The position numbers were made by a program, and so were the translations under genes. Shown here piece after piece: positions 43,102 to 53,084 of a DNA stretch of 64,000 nt (position 1 is the stretch's first letter; each line of letters begins with the position of its first letter). The notes beneath the pieces were generated by a model. That model made no database searches. It saw only the letters and a program-made list of their open reading frames with translations, and was not told the DNA's origin. This DNA comes from Pseudomonadota bacterium (GTDB lineage Bacteria; Campylobacterota; Campylobacteria; Campylobacterales; Sulfurimonadaceae): the NCBI GenBank assembly GCA_043797085.1, contig JAZDQA010000013.1, positions 192,001-256,000 of the forward strand. Direction: 5' to 3'.

Positions 43102-43130
43102 TTTATAAAAATCTCATTTTGTCCGATATA
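43102..43130 (+). promoter_or_regulatory. Putative sigma28 (FliA) promoter
   Basis: CCGATAT -10-like element upstream of the YjfB-family gene; -35 element uncertain. Confidence 0.45.
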
Positions 43131-43157
43131 GATATAACTCCAAATAAAGGAGAAAAA

Positions 43158-43337
43158 ATGGATCCTATTAATTCGAATACGATGACCGCTTCTAGTGTAT
43201 CTGCTTTGAAAAAAGCAATAGATTTAGAGGGTCAAGGGGTGATGAAGGTATTGGAAAGTGCGCAAGTACTTCCTAGCCAACAAAACTCAGGTTCGTCAAT
43301 TACCGGCATTGGTCAAACACTAGACCTTCGCGCGTAA
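43158..43337 (+). CDS. YjfB-family putative motility protein
   Basis: ATG after AAGGAG; LKKAID...VMKVLES...GIGQTLDLRA. Confidence 0.8.
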   Translation: MDPINSNTMTASSVSALKKAIDLEGQGVMKVLESAQVLPSQQNSGSSITGIGQTLDLRA

Positions 43338-43372
43338 TCTTCTCACCATCTTTATGGTGAGTTGTTACTATA

Positions 43373-44305
43373 ATGTCACACTTTCTACCCATTGAGAACT
43401 TTATGAATCTAACGTATACCTCTTCTAAAACTTCATTTATGACCATTTTAAAATGGCAGCTTTCCAAGCGTTTCAGCGCAAAGGACAAATCAATCAGCTC
43501 AATGCCCATCCAACACCGCGACAAGCTCCCTGATGGTGATTATGCGCTTTGGATGGGGCATGCAACGCTTTGGATTGGATTGAACAACAAACACATTGCT
43601 ATCGACCCTGTGTTGAAATCCATACCATTATATACACGTTGCACACCCTTGCCTATACCGCAAGAGCAACTTCACGCCGATGTGATCCTCCTCACCCATG
43701 CTCACTACGACCATTTTGACAAACCATCAGTTTTGAGCCTGCTGAAAAAAAATCCTGAGTGTATCATCGTAGCACCCGCAGGATTCTGGCGCTATTTAAA
43801 AGGGTATATTGCCATAGAAAGATGTTTTGAACTGGAGTGGTGGGAGTCGGTGATGATTGGGGGGCTATTTATCACCCTCACCCCAAGCAAGCACTGGAGC
43901 AAACGAACTCCTTTTGATACCAATAAGGCACTGTGGGGCGGATACGTCATTCAAAACAAAGAGCAGTGCATTTATCACAGTGGAGATACGGCTATGGGAG
44001 ATCATTTCAAAGAGATAGGGGAAAGATTCGAAATTAACGAAGCGTTTTTACCCATCGGAGCCTATCGCCCCGAGGCTATCATGAAGCACAACCACATGAA
44101 CCCTCCTGAAGCGCTGAGCGCATGTGAACTCTTGGGAGCTAAAATCCTCATCCCCATCCATTATGGAACGTTCAGGCTCTCCGATGAGCCGCTGGATGAA
44201 CCATTGGAGTGGTTTAACGCTTTGACAAGTGCGAATACCTATCCCTTTGAGACTAAAGCTCTAGGGATTGGGGAGGTTTATAGAGGAGCAGAATTACTAA
44301 TATAA
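43373..44305 (+). CDS. MBL-fold metallo-hydrolase (RomA/NAPE-PLD-like)
   Basis: WMGHAT, THAHYDHFD, HWSKR, SGDT, PIGAY, PIHYGTF. Confidence 0.92.
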   Translation: MSHFLPIENFMNLTYTSSKTSFMTILKWQLSKRFSAKDKSISSMPIQHRDKLPDGDYALWMGHATLWIGLNNKHIAIDPVLKSIPLYTRCTPLPIPQEQLHADVILLTHAHYDHFDKPSVLSLLKKNPECIIVAPAGFWRYLKGYIAIERCFELEWWESVMIGGLFITLTPSKHWSKRTPFDTNKALWGGYVIQNKEQCIYHSGDTAMGDHFKEIGERFEINEAFLPIGAYRPEAIMKHNHMNPPEALSACELLGAKILIPIHYGTFRLSDEPLDEPLEWFNALTSANTYPFETKALGIGEVYRGAELLI

Positions 44306-47300
44306 AGCTGTGCGACTTGAGTGTTATCTGTATAGATACTGTACATAATACCACTAATGTTTACGTCTTGAGTAGTATCTGTCCATCCTGTCAACGTGAC
44401 GCTATCATTATCACCTTTGTTAATTCCGATGCCGTAATGACCTAGACCATCCGAAACACCTTGCGCTAATACATCAGCAGGAGTAATCGTGATGGCATTA
44501 ACACCTGTGTCTTGCGCGGAGTCGATGCCGTAAAGAGTATGATTATAGTTCAAATCTCCAACATTAAGCGCCATTGCGTCGTGTAATCCAACACCCACAG
44601 TTCCATTGCCCATGTTCATTTCGTAGGCGTAGGTATAGCTAAACGGATTGGTTTCTGTAAAGGAGAACACGTCTGTCCCTGCTTGCGTTACATTCATTTC
44701 GTTATTTGCAATGGAATACGTATTGGTTCGATCTCCTTCGTTAATTACCAAATTACCATTGCTGAGTGTTGCCGAAACGGAACTCCAGTTCTCAGTAGAA
44801 TCTGAATGGTTTGCTAGATTGCTGTTGTAATCTGTCGTTCCAGTAACGGTTCCATTGGTTCGTGTCACCATACCGTAATCATACATTGTGCCATTATTGT
44901 TGTTGTCATAGCCATTTTCACTCCAAAGAATGTCAGAATGAGCCACCAAATACGCACTCATATCGGCTGAACCGCCTGCTGAGTTTTGTCCCCATGTGTA
45001 GGACTCGGTATAATGACTTTCAAAGGCGTAAAAACCGTTAAACCCTCCCATTAACTGTATATCGGAAGTACGACCATTACTTGCGGTTGCGGCAATGTGC
45101 ATAGTATTGGTTGTTGTGTCTACTGTGAATGTTTGAACCGTATCTGCTGTCCCGTTAATAAAATAATCCTGTGCGGTATTGTTGGTAAAATCAAAGACTG
45201 TTTTTGCCCATGTCGTACCGTATTGATCCCCAAAATTATCGGTACTGGTTTCCCAAAGCGTCATTATGCCGCTGGATGGGAACGGATCAACGGTTGCAGT
45301 CGTGCTAATGAGAGTCCAAATCGCAGGAGGTCCTTGAGTTTCGCCGTTCATCTCGACTGTGAGATCGGTATCGGTTTGTCCCAAGATGATCATATCACCG
45401 CTGCCTGAGAGCATTTTATAGCTGTAGGTTATCCCCTCAACGCTAGCTGAAGCGATACCATTTGCAAGAGTAAGATTATGGACAAGACCATTTGGTTCGG
45501 TGATCGTTCCTGCTGTTGCTGAGCTAAATACCATTGTCACATAGCCATCGGTAAAGGTTGTTCCCACTGGGAATGCCGTAATAGCCGTTTCGGTTGCTGC
45601 GAGAGTAGAGCTGATGATGACAGCGTCAAATGGAGTACCTATGATGATCGGCGCATTAGCCGCAATTACATCAATAACAACACCTTGAAATGTTACTAGA
45701 CTTGGACCATAAAACATTGTTTCAGAATAACTCGTACCCGCTGCTGCTATCTCAGTTGACAAAAGCACACCATTCTCTACTTTAAAAGCATGAATTCCTT
45801 GGTTGGGGACGGTGACGGTAAGATACTCTACACCACTGATGGTTTCAATAGCCCATGTTCCGCCTGAAATAGCAGCTCCATCTACTGTATGCTTATCAAT
45901 CTGCTGAAGACCATTTTGATCCGTATAAGTATTGTAGGTTCCATCCCATACCTGCGAAATCAACGTTCCCGATGTTGCACCTGTTGTACCCACTAAATTA
46001 ACTCTGGTATTTTCATTGATATAGACATCACCGCCCCAATTTGGACTCACAAATGCATCACGAAGACCTGTCAATGTTGTGATAGGAGCTTGTCCGCCTT
46101 GACCATTATTTAAACTTTGATCCCAATAGGTATAGTTCTCTGTCCACCAGTCGGTCGCTGTGGCTACTGTATTTGTTTGTGCGGTTACCGTCCATGTTGC
46201 TGTTACACTATTAAGACCCGTTGTGACTACTCCATCGACAGAAGTGACAGCTTTTGCATCTGAAAATACTACCGTTTCAGTTGTTCCGCTGTGCGTCAGT
46301 GTTACACCCGTAGCGGTGGTACTAACAACATCAAAGTTTCCTGCATCATTAGTATCCGCGACATACGCTCCATTAGCGTAGTTGTAGCTTGCAAATGAAC
46401 CCTCAGTTGTCGAGCCACTAACCACATCACCGATGGAGAGACTCCAAATTCCCAGATCATAACTATCGACACCAAAAAAGTTTGTTGTAGAATCTATTGT
46501 TGCAGCAGCTCCATAGACATACGCCATTGAGCTTGGCATATCGATAGCAGCGAGATTAATCGTTTGGGTTGATATTCCGCCATGTCCATCGTCTAGTGTT
46601 ACATTCAATGAACCGCTTGTTGCTGTGGTTGATCCGGTGATGATTCCGTTGCTGATCGATAAACCCGTCGGAAGAGTAGAAGAGTTTACTGTAATCGTGA
46701 CAGTATCTCCGTCTGGATCACTGACATAATTTTGGAGGTCAATATTGAGTGCTTGACCTTTGGCAATAAGAAGAGTATTGTTATTTATCATGGTGTATGG
46801 AGTATAGTTTGGTGGCGGATTTCCACCATCAGCCGATACCCCGTTGGAAATAGTGGAGACGTTACCCGCACTATCGGTTTGACGAATGCTAAAAGTGTGT
46901 GAGCCTACCGTACTAATAGCAAAGGTATTTCCAGTACCAGCGAAGAAAGAGCCGCCATCGATTTGATATTCCCACGTAGCACCAACTTCGAGATTACTCA
47001 CTGTAGCTGTGCCACTAGAGAGAGTATAGCCTAGTGCCGATACCACCGTATCTGCCGTAAATGTTTTACTCACAATCCCAACGTTTCCAGCAAGATCCGT
47101 AATCTCAGCCGAGCGGGTATGGGTTCCGTCACTTAATACACCTGTTGTTGTATAGGTCAGGCTCCATGCTCCACCAGTAACCGTAGTCGTTCCTTTTATA
47201 TTTCCGTCAATTTTTACAACAACGGTTGAGCCGTTTTCAGCATCACTGGTTCCAGTAATGGTTTTGCTGCCTGCAACGTTTTCAGTGGCATTAAGAATGT

Positions 47301-50300
47301 TGTCAAATGATGCGTTACTGATCGTACCTGTTGGAGCTACAGAGTCAACACTAAAGGAATGCGTTGCTTGAACAGCAGGGTTTCCTGCGGTATCTGAGAC
47401 ATCCGCTGTAATAGAGTAAGAGCCTTGAGTAAGCGTTCCTAAATCTGAAGCGCTCACCGGAAAACTCCATGCTCCGCTTGATACCGTTGCCGTACCAAGA
47501 TCAAATCCATTAATTTTTACCGTAACAATGCGTCCATCTTCAGCGGTTGTTGTTCCGCTGATCGCTCCACCTGCAGCGACTTCAGCAGTATTAAGAATAT
47601 CATCCGCGGTAATAGCACTTATAGTGATTGTCGGTGCTGCTGCATCTACGGTAAAGTCACTGCTGACAATTGCAATATTTCCAGCAGTATCCGATACTTC
47701 TGCACTGCGAATATGCGCTCCATCACTCAAAAAAGGAGCAATAGCTGCAAAGGTAACACTCCATGCTCCGCCGCTAACAATGCCTGTCCCTTTTGCAATC
47801 CCATCTACTTTGTAGGTAACGACTTGACCGTCTTGGGCTGTTGTTGTTCCTGTAATCGTTTTAATTGGATTTGAATTTTCCAGTGCATTAAGAATATTAT
47901 CTGCCGTTGCAGGGTTCATCGTGATAATAGGCGCAACGGTATCAACCGTAATATCTTTGGTAATCGTTGTTCCACCCGAAACGATCGTGAGAATTTCAGA
48001 TCCTTCTCCCATCGCGGTGATCGCTGCAGTATCGAGAGCGTAACTCCATGAAGTTCCATTTACAGTAGCATTTTGTCCATTTACAGTTACAACACTAATG
48101 CCCGGTTCATTGTTTCCGGTGAGGGTTACACCTGTTGCTTTTTCGGCTGCGCTGATAATATTATCTGTTGCTACATTGTTAACGGTAACATCAACATTTT
48201 GAACCGTGATGGCTACGGCTTGATTGCTGGTGTTGCCTGCGGTATCGGTTGCGGTGACTGTAATATCGTAGGTATTATTCGTTCCTGCATCGGTAGGATT
48301 TTCATAGTCAGGTGCAACTTTAAAGGTTACTGCACCACTGACACTGTCTACATTAAAGAGCGCTGCATCCGTACCGCCGAGGCTGTAAGTAGCATCTCCT
48401 GTTGCAACTGCTGTATAGACTGCGGTTGTTGTGTTTTCTGAAACAGTTGTGGTTGTACCGCTGGTAAAGGTCGGTGCGATTGTATCAATCATTAATGTTT
48501 TTGTGAGCGTTGCGGTATTGCCTGCTGTATCGGTATCGGTTACCACAACCGTATGCGACCCTTCGGTAGTTGGTGCGACATATATTGCGCTTGCTGATCC
48601 GCCATCTACAACAAATGAGCGAGTAACGTCAACAGCTGCTGTATTAAAAGTCAATGCTGCGCTGTTGGTGATGTCATCCGTCGCACTGGTACCGCTATCG
48701 GTTGTCAAAACAGCTGTTGGTGTGGCAATAGTAGTATCAAGAGTAAAGGTTTTTGCTACTGTCGCGGTGTTACCTGCTGTGTCAGTATCGGTTACTGTAA
48801 CGGTATGTGATCCATCAGCAGTTGGTGCCACGTATGTTGCACTGGCTGATCCTGCGTCTACCGTAAAGGTACGCGTAACATCGGCAGCTTTAGAACTAAA
48901 GGTTAATGCCGCACTGTTAGTGATGTCATCCGTCGCACTCGTACCGCTATCGGTTGTCAAAACAGCTGTTGGTGTGGCAATAGTAGTATCAATATTGATG
49001 GTTTTTGTTCTCGTCGTTGCATTTCCGGCAGCATCGGTTGTTACGATCGTGAGCGTTTCAGATCCCTCACCCATAGCAGTGTAATCACCAGATGTAAGTG
49101 TATAACTCCATGTAGTTCCTGTAACGGTTGCAGATGCTCCGTTTACCGTGACGGTTGCTCCTGCTTCGTTGACGCCGGTTACGGTAACGGTTGCTGCTTT
49201 TTCAGCACTGTTTATGATGTTATCTGTTGCTATAGAATTGACCGTCAAAAGTGGTGCGCCAGTATCTACAGTGATAGCTTGTGATACCAAAGCACTAACA
49301 TTTCCGGCAGCATCTTTGGCAGTAGCGGTAATAGTTGTCCCAGAACCAATGCTCGTATAGTCTGCTTCCGTGAGAGTGTATGTCCATGCACCAGAACCAT
49401 TTGTAGTAACGGCATGAATATTTCCAGCACCCAAAGTAAGTGTGATAAGAGCATTAGCCTCGGCGGTTCCGCTGATGGTGACCGTGCCATTTTTTTCGGC
49501 TGTGTTAATAGCACTATCTGTCGAAACAGCATTGATAGTTGGTGCTGTTGGAGTGATGGTATCAATAGTAATATTACGAGTAGAGTCGGCGAATGTAGCA
49601 TTGGCTGCTGTAACTCTAACGTCGATGGTTTCAGTACCTTCACCCATAGCAGTATAATCACCGGCAGTAAGCGTATAACTCCATGAAGTCCCCGTTACCG
49701 TAGCGGCATTTCCTTCTACGGTTACCGTTGAACCTGATGCGATGGTTCCGCTCAAGACGACACCCGCTGTTTTTTCTACGAGATTGATGATGTCATCTGT
49801 GGCTATACGATTAATCGTTGATGGTGTAGTAGGCGTGGTATCTACGGTCACATTTACCGATGGGTAAGGTGCGCTAATATTACCTGCTTGGTCAACGATA
49901 ACAGCACTGATAGCATGAACCCCCTCAGAAAGAACGGGAGAGTTTAGGGTGATATATCCCCGTGCAATATCAAGCTCTGAGAGTGTTGAAGAAGCTATTT
50001 GAACGCCATCGGCCTTTAGAAGAACGGTATCACCTGAAATTGCTGCTGTTCCGTCAGTTGAAGTGGTAGTTAGGTTGATTTTGATTGCCGGAGTGGTATC
50101 TGCGGTAATAGCGGTAGCAGTAATCGTTGAAGCGCTCACAGCAACAGTATCCAATGCAACGGATTGCGCTGTTGTGATTTCGCTCAAAACTGTTGCTGCT
50201 TGTATAGCCGTTGAAGCATCGGCAATGGCACTTTGCACTTCATCACTCAGGGTGACACCTGCTGTCATGTTTGAAATGGTAGTGGAATCGCCTAAATCAA

Positions 50301-51819
50301 GAACAACTGTGGATGTTTCGGATGCTTGGATTTGAGTGACGATGTTGCTGATGATGGTATTGGTAGCCGTAGTTGCGGCAGTTGAGTCAGCTGCACTTTC
50401 AGCGGCGAGGGTGATGATGGTTGCTACGGTTGCGGCGGCTTGTTGAGCGACAAGAGCATTTGCTGCAACGGTTGGATCAGAGCTTTGAGCCGCTTCAATC
50501 GGATCATAGGTTGTCAGATTGGTACCTGCGGTCAGTCCTAACGCGGTTACAACGCTGGTTGAGGCATCTGCTATGGAAGTTGATGGGTTTGCTTGAATAA
50601 TCGCTTGAACCAATGTCGTCAATGGATTGATAACGGTTGACCCCTCGGGCGCACGTAATGGCATAGTATTTTCAACGCCCGTATCGATGTTCACCCCGCC
50701 GATTGCAACAATCGAGCCTGAGGGTGTTCCAGGAGGGAGGAAAAAGTTACCACTTTCATCGGTAGTGAGACCTGTATTGTAGTCTTGAACTCCATCATGA
50801 TTGGTATCGATCCAGATTTGCGCTCCGCGAACGTATCCGTCGGCTACGGCTCCCGATGAGAGAGAAGCAATAGCGACGGCATCATTTCCTGAGGCATCTT
50901 GGATGGCATTTACACCACTTCCGTTGTAGCTAATAACCACTGCATCACCAGCGCTAAACGCAGATGTAAGAGTGAGAGTAACCGTAGATCCCGAGACCGC
51001 AACAGCAGTTACAACATTGGCGACACCACCTGTTGTAATGGTGAAACTAGTAGAAAGTGGAGGATGAGATGCATCAAGAGTTTCTCCGTAGGTCAATACA
51101 ACGGTTTTGCTCACACCGTGCGCTAAAACACCCGTTAGTACTGGAGCTGTCGTATCAGCAGGAGCGGAAGGAGCACTGCTCCCACCTCCGCCGCCACCTG
51201 CTGCAACGGCAACTACGCCTACGCCAAGAGCACCCAATCCGACCATGGCACCCGTAGACATCCCAGCAAAGAGTCCGCCTGCTGTTTCTACTGTTGCAGC
51301 TGTACCTGCGCCAGCACCTCCTGCAACTGCGTCTGTAGCTACTCCTGTAGCCACCTGGGCATAACGGTCCAAATGCGCAAGCGATGTGTTGTTGGCAAGA
51401 GCCGTTTGAAGTGTTTCGTTTTGGGACACCATGCCCATCAATGTCGTGGTATTACCATGAGAATAGACCAAACTGCTTCCATTAGAAAGAGTTGTTCCTG
51501 TATCGGTGGATGCAATAGTATGGCTTGCCCCATTATCTAAAGACAGTTCGATTTCAGCTCCCGGGGAGGTATAAAACCCTTCCAAAGAAATTTGAGTTCC
51601 ATCTGCGTACTGAAGCGAAAGGGTATCCCCCTCTTTTAGTGCGATAACATCGTCCGCAATCGAGTCTGCTCCCGCTTTTTTGAGGCGAAATTTCTCGCCT
51701 GCTTTCACACTTATTTTCGTGTGCGACCCGGTAGCTCCTTCACCAAAAGAACCTTTATTTCCCACTACTTGCACTGCTTCGATCACATTTGCCGATGGCA
51801 TCTCAACTGCTGGTTTCAT
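44278..51819 (-). CDS. Giant T1SS-secreted Ig-repeat adhesin (BapA/Bap-like), 2513 aa
   Basis: Prefix domain, Gly-rich hydrophobic segment, SwmB-like repeat, many D-x-AGN Ig repeats, cadherin-like PDYENPTD, C-terminal GD-x-D-x-V-x-L-x-GW secretion-signal-like tail. Confidence 0.9.
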   Translation of the reverse strand: MKPAVEMPSANVIEAVQVVGNKGSFGEGATGSHTKISVKAGEKFRLKKAGADSIADDVIALKEGDTLSLQYADGTQISLEGFYTSPGAEIELSLDNGASHTIASTDTGTTLSNGSSLVYSHGNTTTLMGMVSQNETLQTALANNTSLAHLDRYAQVATGVATDAVAGGAGAGTAATVETAGGLFAGMSTGAMVGLGALGVGVVAVAAGGGGGGSSAPSAPADTTAPVLTGVLAHGVSKTVVLTYGETLDASHPPLSTSFTITTGGVANVVTAVAVSGSTVTLTLTSAFSAGDAVVISYNGSGVNAIQDASGNDAVAIASLSSGAVADGYVRGAQIWIDTNHDGVQDYNTGLTTDESGNFFLPPGTPSGSIVAIGGVNIDTGVENTMPLRAPEGSTVINPLTTLVQAIIQANPSTSIADASTSVVTALGLTAGTNLTTYDPIEAAQSSDPTVAANALVAQQAAATVATIITLAAESAADSTAATTATNTIISNIVTQIQASETSTVVLDLGDSTTISNMTAGVTLSDEVQSAIADASTAIQAATVLSEITTAQSVALDTVAVSASTITATAITADTTPAIKINLTTTSTDGTAAISGDTVLLKADGVQIASSTLSELDIARGYITLNSPVLSEGVHAISAVIVDQAGNISAPYPSVNVTVDTTPTTPSTINRIATDDIINLVEKTAGVVLSGTIASGSTVTVEGNAATVTGTSWSYTLTAGDYTAMGEGTETIDVRVTAANATFADSTRNITIDTITPTAPTINAVSTDSAINTAEKNGTVTISGTAEANALITLTLGAGNIHAVTTNGSGAWTYTLTEADYTSIGSGTTITATAKDAAGNVSALVSQAITVDTGAPLLTVNSIATDNIINSAEKAATVTVTGVNEAGATVTVNGASATVTGTTWSYTLTSGDYTAMGEGSETLTIVTTDAAGNATTRTKTINIDTTIATPTAVLTTDSGTSATDDITNSAALTFSSKAADVTRTFTVDAGSASATYVAPTADGSHTVTVTDTDTAGNTATVAKTFTLDTTIATPTAVLTTDSGTSATDDITNSAALTFNTAAVDVTRSFVVDGGSASAIYVAPTTEGSHTVVVTDTDTAGNTATLTKTLMIDTIAPTFTSGTTTTVSENTTTAVYTAVATGDATYSLGGTDAALFNVDSVSGAVTFKVAPDYENPTDAGTNNTYDITVTATDTAGNTSNQAVAITVQNVDVTVNNVATDNIISAAEKATGVTLTGNNEPGISVVTVNGQNATVNGTSWSYALDTAAITAMGEGSEILTIVSGGTTITKDITVDTVAPIITMNPATADNILNALENSNPIKTITGTTTAQDGQVVTYKVDGIAKGTGIVSGGAWSVTFAAIAPFLSDGAHIRSAEVSDTAGNIAIVSSDFTVDAAAPTITISAITADDILNTAEVAAGGAISGTTTAEDGRIVTVKINGFDLGTATVSSGAWSFPVSASDLGTLTQGSYSITADVSDTAGNPAVQATHSFSVDSVAPTGTISNASFDNILNATENVAGSKTITGTSDAENGSTVVVKIDGNIKGTTTVTGGAWSLTYTTTGVLSDGTHTRSAEITDLAGNVGIVSKTFTADTVVSALGYTLSSGTATVSNLEVGATWEYQIDGGSFFAGTGNTFAISTVGSHTFSIRQTDSAGNVSTISNGVSADGGNPPPNYTPYTMINNNTLLIAKGQALNIDLQNYVSDPDGDTVTITVNSSTLPTGLSISNGIITGSTTATSGSLNVTLDDGHGGISTQTINLAAIDMPSSMAYVYGAAATIDSTTNFFGVDSYDLGIWSLSIGDVVSGSTTEGSFASYNYANGAYVADTNDAGNFDVVSTTATGVTLTHSGTTETVVFSDAKAVTSVDGVVTTGLNSVTATWTVTAQTNTVATATDWWTENYTYWDQSLNNGQGGQAPITTLTGLRDAFVSPNWGGDVYINENTRVNLVGTTGATSGTLISQVWDGTYNTYTDQNGLQQIDKHTVDGAAISGGTWAIETISGVEYLTVTVPNQGIHAFKVENGVLLSTEIAAAGTSYSETMFYGPSLVTFQGVVIDVIAANAPIIIGTPFDAVIISSTLAATETAITAFPVGTTFTDGYVTMVFSSATAGTITEPNGLVHNLTLANGIASASVEGITYSYKMLSGSGDMIILGQTDTDLTVEMNGETQGPPAIWTLISTTATVDPFPSSGIMTLWETSTDNFGDQYGTTWAKTVFDFTNNTAQDYFINGTADTVQTFTVDTTTNTMHIAATASNGRTSDIQLMGGFNGFYAFESHYTESYTWGQNSAGGSADMSAYLVAHSDILWSENGYDNNNNGTMYDYGMVTRTNGTVTGTTDYNSNLANHSDSTENWSSVSATLSNGNLVINEGDRTNTYSIANNEMNVTQAGTDVFSFTETNPFSYTYAYEMNMGNGTVGVGLHDAMALNVGDLNYNHTLYGIDSAQDTGVNAITITPADVLAQGVSDGLGHYGIGINKGDNDSVTLTGWTDTTQDVNISGIMYSIYTDNTQVAQLYISNSAPL
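48489..48992 (-). repeat. Tandem 252-bp (84-aa) Ig-domain duplication inside the adhesin
   Basis: DTTIATPTAVLTTDSGTSATDDITNSAALTF occurs twice with near-identical DNA at 48661-48740 and 48913-48992. Confidence 0.9.
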
Positions 51820-51914
51820 CTCGCTTGCCTTTAACGTCAGAATTATTATCCGTTATTTATAACACAACGAATCTTAATATATCTTCAAAAAGCTTTTAAA
51901 ATCAACAAAATATA

Positions 51915-53084
51915 TCAACGCTCATGCAGTGATTCAGAGAACGTTTTCGTAACGGGTTTTGACAAATAGGTCAGGACACTGCGGTTGCCGGTGATAATAT
52001 CGACTTGGGCGCTCATTCCGGGGGCTATGTCTATTTTTTTACCGGATTTAGAGATGAGCTGTGTTTGATCCAGCGCGATTTGCACTCTAAAGTACTGCTT
52101 GTCTCCCTGTTGTGTTTTTTCGGTCAAAGTATCGGGGCTGATGTATTTTACTTTTCCGTGAAAAATTCCATAAATACTGTAATCGTACGCATCGAGTTTA
52201 ACGGCTGCTTTTTGCCCTTGTTTGATAAACGAGATATCCGACGGACTGAGTTTCGCTTCGATGATGAGCTCATCACCGGAAGGGACAAGCTCTAAGATCA
52301 CATCACCCGGTCGTACTCTTGCCCCTTGTGTCGTTAAAATAATATTTTTGACGATAGCATCCATTTGTGAAATAATCGTTGTTCGCTCCAAAGTAATAGA
52401 GCGGTCGGTTAGCTCTTGCTCTTTGGTGGAGAGCTCTTCTTCGGCTTTGGTCATTTCGGCTTGAGAGTCTTGGAAGTATTTATTTCTTTTGTTCGATATT
52501 TGCCCTTTTAAATCGGCGATTTGACGTTTTATACGGATAATCTCCGTCGCACCAATATCGCCGTTTTTTAGCAAAGGAAGATTGAGATCCAGCTCATCCT
52601 GCGCCAGTTTTAACGATTCTTCCAAAGCGGATATTTCATCATTGAGCGCTTGCTGGCGGCGATGAAATAAAGCGGTTTGATTATCAACAAACTCTGTATA
52701 GTTCTTTACCTGTTGGGAAAAAACCAGCGGCTTGCCGTACACTTCCGCTCTGAGACGAACCAAGGCTGCTTGAAGTGCGGCCACTTTAGCACGGCTGTCA
52801 TCATACGACGCTTGCGCTTGGGATTTTTCCAGAACGATGAGACGATCCCCTTTTTTAACATGCTGCCCTTCGTGAACGTAAATCTCTTCAACCACTCCGT
52901 CATTAGCCGATTGGATCTCTTGGGTTTTTGCTGTCGTTATGACTTGCCCTTGGGCGTGTGAAATTTGGTCGATTTGTGCATACGATGCCCATGCGAAAAA
53001 AGGGACTATCACTAGGAATAATGAGCCGAATACAACCACGAGAGGGTTTAGGCGTGTTATGTAGGGAAGAGTGTGTGATTTCAT
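51915..53084 (-). CDS. HlyD-family T1SS periplasmic adaptor
   Basis: N-terminal TM, V-EGQ-VKKGD, DAYDYSIYG, PGMSAQVDIITG-RSVL-YL. Confidence 0.95.
   Translation of the reverse strand: MKSHTLPYITRLNPLVVVFGSLFLVIVPFFAWASYAQIDQISHAQGQVITTAKTQEIQSANDGVVEEIYVHEGQHVKKGDRLIVLEKSQAQASYDDSRAKVAALQAALVRLRAEVYGKPLVFSQQVKNYTEFVDNQTALFHRRQQALNDEISALEESLKLAQDELDLNLPLLKNGDIGATEIIRIKRQIADLKGQISNKRNKYFQDSQAEMTKAEEELSTKEQELTDRSITLERTTIISQMDAIVKNIILTTQGARVRPGDVILELVPSGDELIIEAKLSPSDISFIKQGQKAAVKLDAYDYSIYGIFHGKVKYISPDTLTEKTQQGDKQYFRVQIALDQTQLISKSGKKIDIAPGMSAQVDIITGNRSVLTYLSKPVTKTFSESLHER

Noticed and set aside
48073..51364. Long plus-strand ORFs antisense to the adhesin (e.g. 48431-49084), and similar shadow ORFs elsewhere such as 177-566 and 3375-3890
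   Set aside because: They are antisense or alternate-frame shadows of well-supported genes, with no independent motifs.
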